A DNA stretch of 60,630 bases, taken from positions 1-60,630 of the IMG/VR virus record IMGVR_UViG_3300012914_000001; one strand, written 5' to 3'. Of the stretch, positions 36,059 through 44,170 are shown in pieces. The notes beneath the pieces are model-generated. The model was not told where the DNA came from. It did not search any database and saw only the letters and a list, made by a program, of their open reading frames with translations. The position numbers and the translations under genes are program-made. This stretch comes from a virus. Lineage: Duplodnaviria > Caudoviricetes. Numbering within the stretch: position 1 is the stretch's first letter; the number at the start of each line of letters is the position of its first letter.

Positions 36059-36223
36059 TTATCGAACGGCACGCATTCGCGTTCTGCGGGCCTCGAGCGA
36101 GGCCGCGACGGACGGGTCGAGTTTTTCGAGAACGCTCGAGGACGCCCCTAAAGCGGCGCGGCGCGAGGCCGGATCGCCGTCCGCACGCGCGAGCAGGCGT
36201 GACACCCGAGCAGCGGGGGTCAT
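36059..36223 (-). CDS. Small hypothetical protein
   Basis: 54 aa; ATGA coupling with the rep gene. Confidence 0.4.
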   Translation of the reverse strand: MTPAARVSRLLARADGDPASRRAALGASSSVLEKLDPSVAASLEARRTRMRAVR

Positions 36224-37359
36224 TCGTTCGCCGCCCGGGGTCGGTCAGCGGCGCGGCTGCGCAGGTGCAGCAGGAACGGATCGAACACCTCGGTCGGATG
36301 CAGCGCGCCCGCCGGCAGGTGATACTCGTCCTCGAACCGCTTGACCTCGCGCCGCAGCTGCAGGCCGTTCGCATCGGCGAACGCCGCGTGATCCGGATGA
36401 ACCCACTCGGGCAGCCCGGGCACGCTCGGTCGTTTCGGTTTCGCCCGCGGCGGCGTCGCGCCGCCCGCCTTGGGAAAGTCAGGGGCATCGAGGATCCAGC
36501 GGTCGAACCGCTTATCGACGCCTGAAATGCTCGTCGGAAACGACCGCTGAAAGCGCGTTGACCGGAACTTTTCGCACTCGATCTGCAGGTCGATCCCGAG
36601 TGCGGCGCACTTTGCCGCGTGCCGGGGTTTGGGTTTCCAGCCCGGCGGCACCACGATCGTTTCGCCCGCCGGCACCTCGCGCGCGGGTCCGTCTTTAGCA
36701 GGATCGCTAGGGATCAGATCCGGATCCGGATCTGGATCTTCTAAAGGATCGACAGAGGCAGAGGCAGGGAAAGCGTGACGAATGTGATTCGCGTGATGCG
36801 TCACGCTCGGCGGAACGATTACGGGTGTTTGCAGACCGGTCGGGCGAGGCTGCTGTCGCGCCCGACCCCGCCGCGGGACGCCTGACGGGGTGTCCTCGCC
36901 CTCGGGCGGCGCGTCCGGGACGTGACGTGCGTGATGCGTCACGCTCGTCACACTATTCGTAACGGGTTCGAACCCGCCGGCGGCGACCGGCGCGACCGCT
37001 TTCCGGGCCCGGTAATCGCGCGCTCGCTGTGCTGCGCGCTGCTGCGCGGTCGACTGGATCTCGCGGTATTTGTGATGGTTGATCACATGCCACCCGCCGT
37101 CGATGTCGCGGATCCGGCGGCCGTCGGCGTCCTTTGTTCGGCTGTACCGGTCCGGCTGCCGAAAGTGTTCGAGCGCGTCCTCGACCTGTTCGGGGGTGAC
37201 CTCGGCGTCCCGCGCTAGTCCCGGGACACTCGCCCACACATTGCCCTCGGCGTCGGCGAGCATCAGCAGGGTTATCCAAACGAGCTTGCGGTGTGCGGGC
37301 TGGCCCACCCATACGGTCGACCGCAGCATGCTCGCGAATATCTTAGCGAATCCATTCAT
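36220..37359 (-). CDS. Replication initiator / replisome organizer (lambda O-like architecture)
   Basis: FAKIFASMLRSTVW..KLVWITLLMLAD..G.V.ASVPGLA..SRT....GRRI..IDGGW.VINH.KYR; VT-rich iteron region, DPDPDPD linker, DnaT-like C-terminus. Confidence 0.75.
   Translation of the reverse strand: MNGFAKIFASMLRSTVWVGQPAHRKLVWITLLMLADAEGNVWASVPGLARDAEVTPEQVEDALEHFRQPDRYSRTKDADGRRIRDIDGGWHVINHHKYREIQSTAQQRAAQRARDYRARKAVAPVAAGGFEPVTNSVTSVTHHARHVPDAPPEGEDTPSGVPRRGRARQQPRPTGLQTPVIVPPSVTHHANHIRHAFPASASVDPLEDPDPDPDLIPSDPAKDGPAREVPAGETIVVPPGWKPKPRHAAKCAALGIDLQIECEKFRSTRFQRSFPTSISGVDKRFDRWILDAPDFPKAGGATPPRAKPKRPSVPGLPEWVHPDHAAFADANGLQLRREVKRFEDEYHLPAGALHPTEVFDPFLLHLRSRAADRPRAANE
36791..36947. repeat. Putative iterons GCGTGATGCGTCACGCTCG x2 (36791-36809, 36929-36947)
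   Basis: Exact 19-bp repeat inside the rep gene; inverted copies upstream. Confidence 0.65.
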
Positions 37360-37452
37360 GATTATGCCCACCCCTGGACTGTGCAAACGTACCGCACCGT
37401 TCAGGTACACTTTGTGCCTCGCATTTTTCCGGCCGGCGTGTCAATGTCCCAT

Positions 37453-37498
37453 AGCGTGACGCATCACGATTAGGGCGTGACCTGTCATGACGCATCAC
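37453..37498. promoter_or_regulatory. Iteron-like sites in the divergent intergenic control region
   Basis: GTGACGCATCAC at 37456-37467 and ATGACGCATCAC at 37487-37498. Confidence 0.6.
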
Positions 37499-37565
37499 AC
37501 ACCCGCCCCGAATAGGGGCACGACGCAACGGCCGCACCGGTCCGGCACATAAGGGACTGCCCGCG

Positions 37566-37790
37566 ATGACGACGACACCGAACCGCACGTCGCCCATGGA
37601 GGCGACCGACGCCCTGCGCACCCTTGCCCGCGAGGTCGAGGGTCGAGCGCAAGGGCGCGCCGAGCTCGCGCACTTTGCCGCATGGGTTCGCACCCGCCTC
37701 GACGTTCTCGCCGAGTCGCTGACACCTGCACACCGATCGCGTACGAGCAGCGCGAAAGCGACTCGACGGATCGACTCGACCCTGAACTAA
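37566..37790 (+). CDS. Hypothetical protein, first gene of the rightward operon
   Basis: 74 aa; AAGGGA upstream. Confidence 0.55.
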   Translation: MTTTPNRTSPMEATDALRTLAREVEGRAQGRAELAHFAAWVRTRLDVLAESLTPAHRSRTSSAKATRRIDSTLN

Positions 37791-37806
37791 TCCGTCGCCG
37801 AGGGCT

Positions 37807-38256
37807 ATGGGCGCTCGCTCGCTGGATCACTTGCTCGAGCTGCCGCAGTGCGCGCGGTGTGACCGACCCGTCGAAAGCATCGATGACCGGTGGGATCCGC
37901 TCGTGCCCGGCAGGGTGCTGACGGCGACGTGTCACGGCGATCGCGAGGTGTCGATCGTTCGCGACGACGACCTGCGCGCCGCGATCCCGGGCACTTGGCA
38001 GCTCGGGTTCGCGTTCACGGAACAGGCTTATCGCGGCTGGCGTGTGATGCGCGGGCCGTTTGCCGACGGGTTCATCGGCATCGCCTCGACGAACCGTGAC
38101 GCCGAGGGGTTCGGCGAGGTCGACCTGCGCGACACTTTCGCCGCGCCTCGCCCTTATGAGCCGACCCGCGACGGCCGTCATCGGCGGCACGATGAACTCG
38201 ACCCTCGACGGATCTGGCCCTGCACGCCGGACTCGATCCGAAAGCCCCGGACCTGA
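37807..38256 (+). CDS. Zinc-binding hypothetical protein
   Basis: LPQCARCDRPVE...ATCHG. Confidence 0.6.
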   Translation: MGARSLDHLLELPQCARCDRPVESIDDRWDPLVPGRVLTATCHGDREVSIVRDDDLRAAIPGTWQLGFAFTEQAYRGWRVMRGPFADGFIGIASTNRDAEGFGEVDLRDTFAAPRPYEPTRDGRHRRHDELDPRRIWPCTPDSIRKPRT

Positions 38257-38257
38257 C

Positions 38258-38491
38258 ATGCGCCTCGACGTCGAAATGTCGCGGTCGCAGTACTGCACCG
38301 GGTTCGCCGAACGCATCGCCCGCCTGCTGCGCGCCGGCACGTTCTGCGCGCTGCGCGGTCGGTGGCGAGTGCGCCGACAGCTCGCGCTGTACGACCGCCG
38401 CTCGGAACTGCGCGACATGCGCCGGGTGACGTACGCCCTCGAACCCCTCGACACCGTCGCTCGCGACGTGCTGAACCGGCAGGCGCACTGA
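38258..38491 (+). CDS. Hypothetical protein (paralog of the next gene)
   Basis: L.AGT...G.WRV...RR...LEPLD.VA shared with 38491-38718. Confidence 0.6.
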   Translation: MRLDVEMSRSQYCTGFAERIARLLRAGTFCALRGRWRVRRQLALYDRRSELRDMRRVTYALEPLDTVARDVLNRQAH

Positions 38492-38718
38492 TGCGAATGC
38501 TGCTCGAGCTGCACGTCACCCCCCGGGCGTTCAAGGCGAACGAGCACCTGCAGGTCGAGGCGCACCTCGGCGCCGGCACCTGCGCCAAGGCGCCCGGGAA
38601 ATGGCGCGTCGTCAAGTGCGTCGAGGATCTGCCGCTCGGAATGATCCGGCGGTTCATGTTCGAGCTCGAACCGCTCGACGCCGTCGCTTGCACGACGGCC
38701 GCAAATCAGCAGCTGTGA
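38491..38718 (+). CDS. Hypothetical protein (paralog of the previous gene)
   Basis: TGATG coupling; shared motif. Confidence 0.6.
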   Translation: MRMLLELHVTPRAFKANEHLQVEAHLGAGTCAKAPGKWRVVKCVEDLPLGMIRRFMFELEPLDAVACTTAANQQL

Positions 38719-38736
38719 AAGGGACCGACACCCGCC

Positions 38737-39165
38737 ATGGGCATTAAAAGCAGACGTTACGCGCAGGATACAAAGGTTCCCGCCGGGATCACGAAAGACG
38801 AAATCGAAAAGCTGCTGCGAAAGGGCGGCGCATCGAACATCTATTCGGGGTTCGACGAGGACCGGAAACTGATCACGCTCGGGTTCCGGATCGACGGTCG
38901 GCATTACAAGCTGACGAGCTCGACGGACCGCCCGACGCGGCGCTGCGACGAGCAGCAGATCGAGCGCGAGGCATGGCGTGTCCTGCTGCTGCTGCTGAAA
39001 GCAAAGCTCGAGGTTATCGCCGCCGGCGGTACGACGTTCGAGTCAGAATTTCTGGCGAACCTGCTGCTGCCCGACGGCTCGACCGTCGGCGAGGACGTGC
39101 TGCCGAAAGTCGCGATCGCTTACGAAACCTCGATCATGCCGAACCTACTCGGCGCCGGGGCATGA
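38737..39165 (+). CDS. Conserved phage hypothetical protein
   Basis: RYA.DTKVP...EIEKLL..GA...WR.LLL.LKAKLE...TFE.EFL...LPDG.TVGE family. Confidence 0.75.
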   Translation: MGIKSRRYAQDTKVPAGITKDEIEKLLRKGGASNIYSGFDEDRKLITLGFRIDGRHYKLTSSTDRPTRRCDEQQIEREAWRVLLLLLKAKLEVIAAGGTTFESEFLANLLLPDGSTVGEDVLPKVAIAYETSIMPNLLGAGA

Positions 39166-39389
39166 ACGACGGCGCCCGATGGTTCCGCGCGACGTGCGGC
39201 TGCTCGAACGAGTGCGGGTTTCTGTGGGCGCTGTTCCCTAGCGCGACCGATGCGCCCGCGGGCATGGTGTTCCACCGTTCCGATCTAGGGTGGTGCGTGT
39301 ACACGCCGAGCTCCGGAACGGAACACACCCGGCTCGCGTTCGTCGATGCCGTCGCCATGGTGGAACAGGCGGCAGGCATTCGAGCCTGA
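39162..39389 (+). CDS. Hypothetical protein
   Basis: 75 aa; ATGA coupling. Confidence 0.5.
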   Translation: MNDGARWFRATCGCSNECGFLWALFPSATDAPAGMVFHRSDLGWCVYTPSSGTEHTRLAFVDAVAMVEQAAGIRA

Positions 39390-39456
39390 CGCATGCAAGG
39401 CTGACGCAGCAACGGCCGCAAGCACGCTGCCGTTTGACAAATTGGAGGGCCGCCAA

Positions 39457-40569
39457 ATGGCGCAAGCAATCGATATTGAACCCGACGTCGTCACCTCGAT
39501 CCAGCCGCACCCGTTCGCAGCGACCTGTCGCGCGACCGGCATTCATTCGCGCGACCGCGAGCAGTGGCTGCGCGCTCGCCGCCATGGCCTGACCGGCAGC
39601 GAGGTCGCCGCCGTCCTCGGCCTGCACCCGTACCGCAGCGCGCTCGAGGTGTACGCGGACAAGGTCGGCGCCGACGTCGAGGATCGCAGGATGCACGAGG
39701 CCGCGCTGTGGGGTCAGCTGTTCGAGCCGGCGATCCTCGCCGAGTATGGGCGCCGCAGCGGGCGCGTCGTCGTGCCTTGCGGCGAGCTGATGCAGTCGCG
39801 CGAGCGTGACTTTTGGCTCGTCACCCCTGACGGCATTCAGCTCGAGGGACCCAACATGCCGGCATGGGCAGTCGGGCCCGGCCTCGCCGAGGTCAAAACG
39901 ACCGGCGACGGCCCGGCATGGTTCGAGGAAATCCCGGCGCACGTGCAGGTGCAGGTGCAGCATCAGCTGCTCGTCACCCGCGCGCTGTGGCTGTCGCTGC
40001 CATGGCTGCCCTTTCCCGAGCGCGAGCTGCAGTGGCTCGACATCGAGCCGCACCGCGAGTTTCAGGCGATGCTCGGCGAGAAATGCGACGCCTTTTGGAC
40101 TCGCGTCCTCGAGCGCCGCCCGCCGGATCCGGACGGCAGCGACAGCGCGCGCCGGGCGATCGTCGCCCTGAACCCGAACGTGCGCGACGAGCTGATCGAA
40201 TTTGACGAGGCCGCCGAGGCCGTCGCCGACGAACTCGAGGTGATCAGCGAGGCGCAGGCCAAGCTCGAAAAGCGCAAGGCGTTTCTTTCGAACCGCGTCC
40301 TGCACGTCCTCGGCGAGCAAAAAGCAGCGCTGCTGCCGAGCGGTCGGTATTTCAATTCGTGGACTGTCGCGCCGAGCGAGACGAAATGCGGGTGCGGCGC
40401 CGTGCACGCGACGCGCGCCGGGTTCCGCGCCTGCCGCCTGATGCAGCCGCGAAAGAAACCGCACCCGCTGCCCATGGCAAAGCGGTCGCTGTCGCTCGAC
40501 GCCGACCCGGAACTCGAGGCACTGCTCGTCGCGTCGCTCGAACTCGTGCACCGAAACGAGGGCCGGTGA
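39457..40569 (+). CDS. YqaJ-family viral recombinase exonuclease
   Basis: WLRARRHGLTGSEVAAVLG..PYRS, G..FEP.I, TPDG, EVKT, QVQHQL; GGAGG SD. Confidence 0.9.
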   Translation: MAQAIDIEPDVVTSIQPHPFAATCRATGIHSRDREQWLRARRHGLTGSEVAAVLGLHPYRSALEVYADKVGADVEDRRMHEAALWGQLFEPAILAEYGRRSGRVVVPCGELMQSRERDFWLVTPDGIQLEGPNMPAWAVGPGLAEVKTTGDGPAWFEEIPAHVQVQVQHQLLVTRALWLSLPWLPFPERELQWLDIEPHREFQAMLGEKCDAFWTRVLERRPPDPDGSDSARRAIVALNPNVRDELIEFDEAAEAVADELEVISEAQAKLEKRKAFLSNRVLHVLGEQKAALLPSGRYFNSWTVAPSETKCGCGAVHATRAGFRACRLMQPRKKPHPLPMAKRSLSLDADPELEALLVASLELVHRNEGR

Positions 40570-40760
40570 TGTTCGGGATCGAGCCGCCCGACGACGACGA
40601 GGACGACGCGCCCGACAGCGAGCGGACCCTGCGCGCCGATCATGAATACGATCAGCAGCGCGACGACGCGCTGACCGACCGCCTGCGCGAGCTGCGGCAG
40701 CGGCTCGAGGCCGACCTCGACGAGCGCGACCCCGGATGGCGCGCCGAGGTGCCGTTCTGA
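40569..40760 (+). CDS. Small acidic protein
   Basis: Coupled; ends in EVPF, resembling an SSB C-terminal tail. Confidence 0.5.
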   Translation: MFGIEPPDDDEDDAPDSERTLRADHEYDQQRDDALTDRLRELRQRLEADLDERDPGWRAEVPF

Positions 40761-41356
40761 TGGCAGGTTATGATCGCCCGCTCCACGACCTGACCCCTTG
40801 CCCGCGGCTCGATGGCAGCCGCGTGTGCATGCGCTCGCTCGGCGCGAGTCGCTGCCATTACTGCGGGCGCGACCTGCCGATGTCGCACCCGACGGTCATC
40901 GAGGACCGCGTTCCCGAGGGGCAGGTCGTCGCAGCGCCTCGACACTCGGTCATCTCTGCTGCTCGTCGCATCAAGCGCGCGCTGTACGCCGAGGCCGACC
41001 GCGTCGCGGGCATCGATACGAGTCACCTCGGCGGGTCCGGGCCGATGCCCGCGGGCCGCCTCGCATGGTTCCGCGAGCAGGCGCGCAGCGCGCTGTCGCT
41101 GCGCGAGGCCGACGAACTGATCGAGGCGCTGCCCGAGCTGCTCGACGAGGTCGACCGGCTGCGCGCGCTCGCGTCGCCGGCAGCTCCAGGCGACGCGGCG
41201 CCGACGACGTTCGCACTGGCGTTGTCCTATGACCCGGCGATAAGCCCGGTCGTGCTCGAGCACTGCCTCGCCTGCGGCATGACGCTCGGGCAGCTACCCG
41301 GCGGCGGGCGCACCTGCGTCCGCTGCGACGTCGACGACGAGGGAACCGACGGATGA
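40760..41356 (+). CDS. Hypothetical protein with two zinc ribbons
   Basis: CHYC, CLAC..CVRC; LIEALPELLDEVDRLR (Ead/Ea22-like helix). Confidence 0.6.
   Translation: MAGYDRPLHDLTPCPRLDGSRVCMRSLGASRCHYCGRDLPMSHPTVIEDRVPEGQVVAAPRHSVISAARRIKRALYAEADRVAGIDTSHLGGSGPMPAGRLAWFREQARSALSLREADELIEALPELLDEVDRLRALASPAAPGDAAPTTFALALSYDPAISPVVLEHCLACGMTLGQLPGGGRTCVRCDVDDEGTDG
41172..41195 (+). repeat. 24-bp dispersed palindrome (exact copy)
   Basis: Exact match, on the + strand within a + strand gene. Confidence 0.85.
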
Positions 41357-41634
41357 ACGACACACGACCTGACGGGTTCTATTGGGTCCGCACCTCGAAC
41401 GGCGGCCTCGAGATAGCGCGCTTGCACGCCGGCGAGTGGCTGCTGACGGGCACGGATCAGCCGTTCGCCGAGGGCGACTTTCGCCATATCTCGGGACGCC
41501 TGACCGCGCCCGGCGAGCGCATGCCCGGCGCCGAGCTCGCGGGTCATCTCGTGCACGTCGCGCGGATCAACGGGTTCGCGCTCGGGTACGAGCTGCAGGA
41601 TCTCGAACGGGGCAAGGCAAGCAAATCGGCGTGA
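41353..41634 (+). CDS. Hypothetical protein
   Basis: RPDGFYWVR..EIA...W..TG phage motif. Confidence 0.65.
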   Translation: MNDTRPDGFYWVRTSNGGLEIARLHAGEWLLTGTDQPFAEGDFRHISGRLTAPGERMPGAELAGHLVHVARINGFALGYELQDLERGKASKSA

Positions 41635-41909
41635 CCGACGGCGAGGACCGCGAGGCGGCGTTTCGCCGGCTGCTGCAGGACCCCGTCGCTTATGCCGCAT
41701 GGGCCGCCGGCGTGCGGCGACAGTGGGAACGCGAGCACGGCGTCGAGTGGTTTCACGGGTATCGCGACGGCCGCGAGGTGTGGCGTCCGGTGTGCCCTGC
41801 CGAGGACCCGATGACGCCTGCACGTTTCAGAATGAACCCGCGTCGCGCCGAGGCGTACGCCGCCAAGCTGCAGGCGGCGCGAACCGGAACACACCCCGTG
41901 CGGGGGTGA
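41631..41909 (+). CDS. Hypothetical protein
   Basis: GTGA coupling. Confidence 0.55.
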   Translation: MTDGEDREAAFRRLLQDPVAYAAWAAGVRRQWEREHGVEWFHGYRDGREVWRPVCPAEDPMTPARFRMNPRRAEAYAAKLQAARTGTHPVRG

Positions 41910-41921
41910 TCATTTTTCCGT

Positions 41922-41948
41922 TCAAGTGCGGCGCACTCGAGCCGTTCT
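41922..41948 (+). promoter_or_regulatory. Sigma28-like promoter TCAAG-N14-GCCGTTCT
   Basis: 8 nt before the ATG at 41957; would also drive recT. Confidence 0.6.
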
Positions 41949-41956
41949 CTGCGCCC

Positions 41957-42118
41957 ATGGGCAAGGGCAAGGGCGAGAAATCTGTTAGCATCGAGGACCT
42001 GCGGGCGGCGTCGATCAACCTGAAAGCTTGGCGCACCGGCGCACTCGTGCGCCTCGCCCGCAAGCAGACCGAGCGTGTGATGCGGCGAACGCACCCCGTC
42101 ACCTCTAACAAGCGATAG
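41957..42118 (+). CDS. Small basic protein
   Basis: MGKGKGEKSVSIEDLR...; start supported by the promoter motif. Confidence 0.5.
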   Translation: MGKGKGEKSVSIEDLRAASINLKAWRTGALVRLARKQTERVMRRTHPVTSNKR

Positions 42119-42125
42119 AACCGAC

Positions 42126-43256
42126 ATGGCTGACAACCGACGACCGCAGGGACAGGGACAGCGCCCGCAGCAGCAGGCGCGACCGCAAGGGCAGCAGGGG
42201 CAGCAGCAGCCGCCGAGCAAGCTCGACGAGGTGCGCACCCTCGTCAAGCATCGGATGCAGCCCGCCATGTCGCGGCTGCTCGCACACCGTTCAGTCGAGG
42301 ACCGCACGCGGTTCGCGCAGGTGTTTCTGAACGCGCTCGAGGTGAACCCCGATCTGATCGACTGCAGCCCGGGCTCGATCGCGCGCGCGATGCAGCACTG
42401 CGCCGAGGTCGACCTCGTGCCGGGCGGCGCCTACCCGCACGCCTACCTGATTCCCTATTGGAACAGCGATCGCAAGGTGAACGAGGTTCAGTTTCAGATC
42501 AGCGTGTGGGGGTATGTCGAGCTGATCCGACGCTCGGGTCAGGTCAAAAAAGTGTGGGCCGACGTCATCTATTCGGGCGACACGTACGAGACGAACAGCG
42601 GCACCGACGGCAAGTCGATCGTGCATAAACCGAACTGGTTTGCGCCGCGTGAAAAGCGCGGGCACCTCGTCGGCGCGTACGCCTGCGCGCTGCTCGATAA
42701 CGGCGAGACTGTGTTCGAGCCGGTCAGCGCCGAGGATCTCGAACTCGCCCGCGCACAGAACCGCGGCAAGTCGCCGGCGTGGACAACGTGGCCCGATCAG
42801 CAGCGCCAAAAGGTCGCACTGAAACGCCTGCAGAAATACCTGCCGAAAGGCCCTGCAGACCGCGCCCTCGAAATCGACGAGGATCCGGGCACGCGCCCTC
42901 GCGGCATTATCGACGCCGAGGGGCACGAGGTGCAGCCGCCGACCGACGACGCCGAGCCGCAGCCGCAGGGTCCGCTCGACCGCGCCGTCGAGCAGCATAA
43001 GGTCGAGCAGCAGGTGCAGCAGACGCAGGGCGGCAGTCAGGCGACGAGCGTTGTCGACCGCGACGCGCTGTTCGCGATGCTGTGCGACGCCGACGAGCGA
43101 TGGCAGCGACAGCGGCCGCGGGTCGACGGATGGGACGAGGTCGAGGCGCTGTCGGCGCTCGGGTTCCTGCGGACCATACTCGGCGACGGTGTCGGTCTCG
43201 ACGGCACACCCCCGATCGTTCCCGAGTGCATGCGCCTGCCGCGCGACGCGGCGTGA
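42126..43256 (+). CDS. recT: RecT single-strand annealing protein
   Basis: NPDLIDCSPGSI, HAYLIPY, QFQISVWGYVELIRRSG, SPAW, KVALKRLQKYLP. Confidence 0.9.
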   Translation: MADNRRPQGQGQRPQQQARPQGQQGQQQPPSKLDEVRTLVKHRMQPAMSRLLAHRSVEDRTRFAQVFLNALEVNPDLIDCSPGSIARAMQHCAEVDLVPGGAYPHAYLIPYWNSDRKVNEVQFQISVWGYVELIRRSGQVKKVWADVIYSGDTYETNSGTDGKSIVHKPNWFAPREKRGHLVGAYACALLDNGETVFEPVSAEDLELARAQNRGKSPAWTTWPDQQRQKVALKRLQKYLPKGPADRALEIDEDPGTRPRGIIDAEGHEVQPPTDDAEPQPQGPLDRAVEQHKVEQQVQQTQGGSQATSVVDRDALFAMLCDADERWQRQRPRVDGWDEVEALSALGFLRTILGDGVGLDGTPPIVPECMRLPRDAA

Positions 43257-43508
43257 TTTTTCCGCGCGCAGGGGGTTAACGGCGTACCCTCGCCGACCGT
43301 TCCGTTCCGGCTCGGAGGGTACCGTTTTGGCAGTCCTGCTCGTGTTTGGGATCAGCGCGCGCGCCGTCGCGATATTCGACTCGTTCGGCGACACCGACAT
43401 CGAGCGCCGCGAGGCGCTCGAACAGGTCCTCGTCGACGCGCACCTGCGCCGGCTCGCCGAGGTCGACAATCGTATGCGGCGCATCGCACGCGGCGGCAGG
43501 GGTGCAGG

Positions 43509-43796
43509 GTGAACGCGCGGCTGACGGGTTCGCCCGAGCCGTGCACCCGCCTCGGCGCCGTCGACGCAGGCTGGCGTTTCGCCGTCGCGAACCCGGGCGA
43601 GGTGCTCGTGCTGCAGCACTCGGGCGCCGAGGGCAATCGGTGGCAGCTGCGCGCGCACAGCCTCGAGGTCGGCGTCGCCGTCGTCGCGTTCAAGGCGCAC
43701 CGGCAGAACGTCGTGCACGGCGCCGTTGCGCTATGGCACGCCGGGCATGTGACTCGGTTCGACACGGCCGCTGACCTGCGGACGGGCACCGGTTGA
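43509..43796 (+). CDS. Hypothetical protein
   Basis: 95 aa; coupled to neighbours. Confidence 0.55.
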   Translation: MNARLTGSPEPCTRLGAVDAGWRFAVANPGEVLVLQHSGAEGNRWQLRAHSLEVGVAVVAFKAHRQNVVHGAVALWHAGHVTRFDTAADLRTGTG

Positions 43797-44170
43797 TTTC
43801 GTTCAAGGGTCGAGGGCTCGTGCCGATCATAGATCCGAATGCGTTCCCATTTGGCGAACTCGAGCGGCTGCCCGTCGTCACCTGCAGCTGCGGGCGACAC
43901 GCGGCGGGCGCCTGCCCCGATGACTATCGGCGCGACCTCGAGCCTTGCGACTCGACGATCGCCGAGCTGCAGTCCGTCGTCGTCGCGATGCGGCACCGGG
44001 GCGACGACGTCGCGCACCTCGAACGCGAACTCGAGCTGTTCGTCGCGCAGCTGCTGCACGTCGCGAGCCTGCCCGAGCCGCAGCAGCCACCGAAACACGT
44101 GCAGCTGATCCGACTTTCGATTGCAGTCGCAGCGACTGCCGTCCGTTACCGCGAGGAACTCACACCATGA
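43793..44170 (+). CDS. Hypothetical protein
   Basis: 125 aa; ATGA coupling with the ATPase; start uncertain. Confidence 0.55.
   Translation: MISFKGRGLVPIIDPNAFPFGELERLPVVTCSCGRHAAGACPDDYRRDLEPCDSTIAELQSVVVAMRHRGDDVAHLERELELFVAQLLHVASLPEPQQPPKHVQLIRLSIAVAATAVRYREELTP
43803..43829 (+). promoter_or_regulatory. Sigma28-like promoter TCAAG-N14-GCCGATCA
   Basis: Best match to the TCAAG-N14-GCCGATA consensus; shares 18 bp exactly with 31497-31514. Confidence 0.6.

Noticed and set aside
43051-43512. CDS between recT and 43509
   Set aside because: A short gene ending at 43512 probably exists, but I could not define a convincing start, so it is not listed
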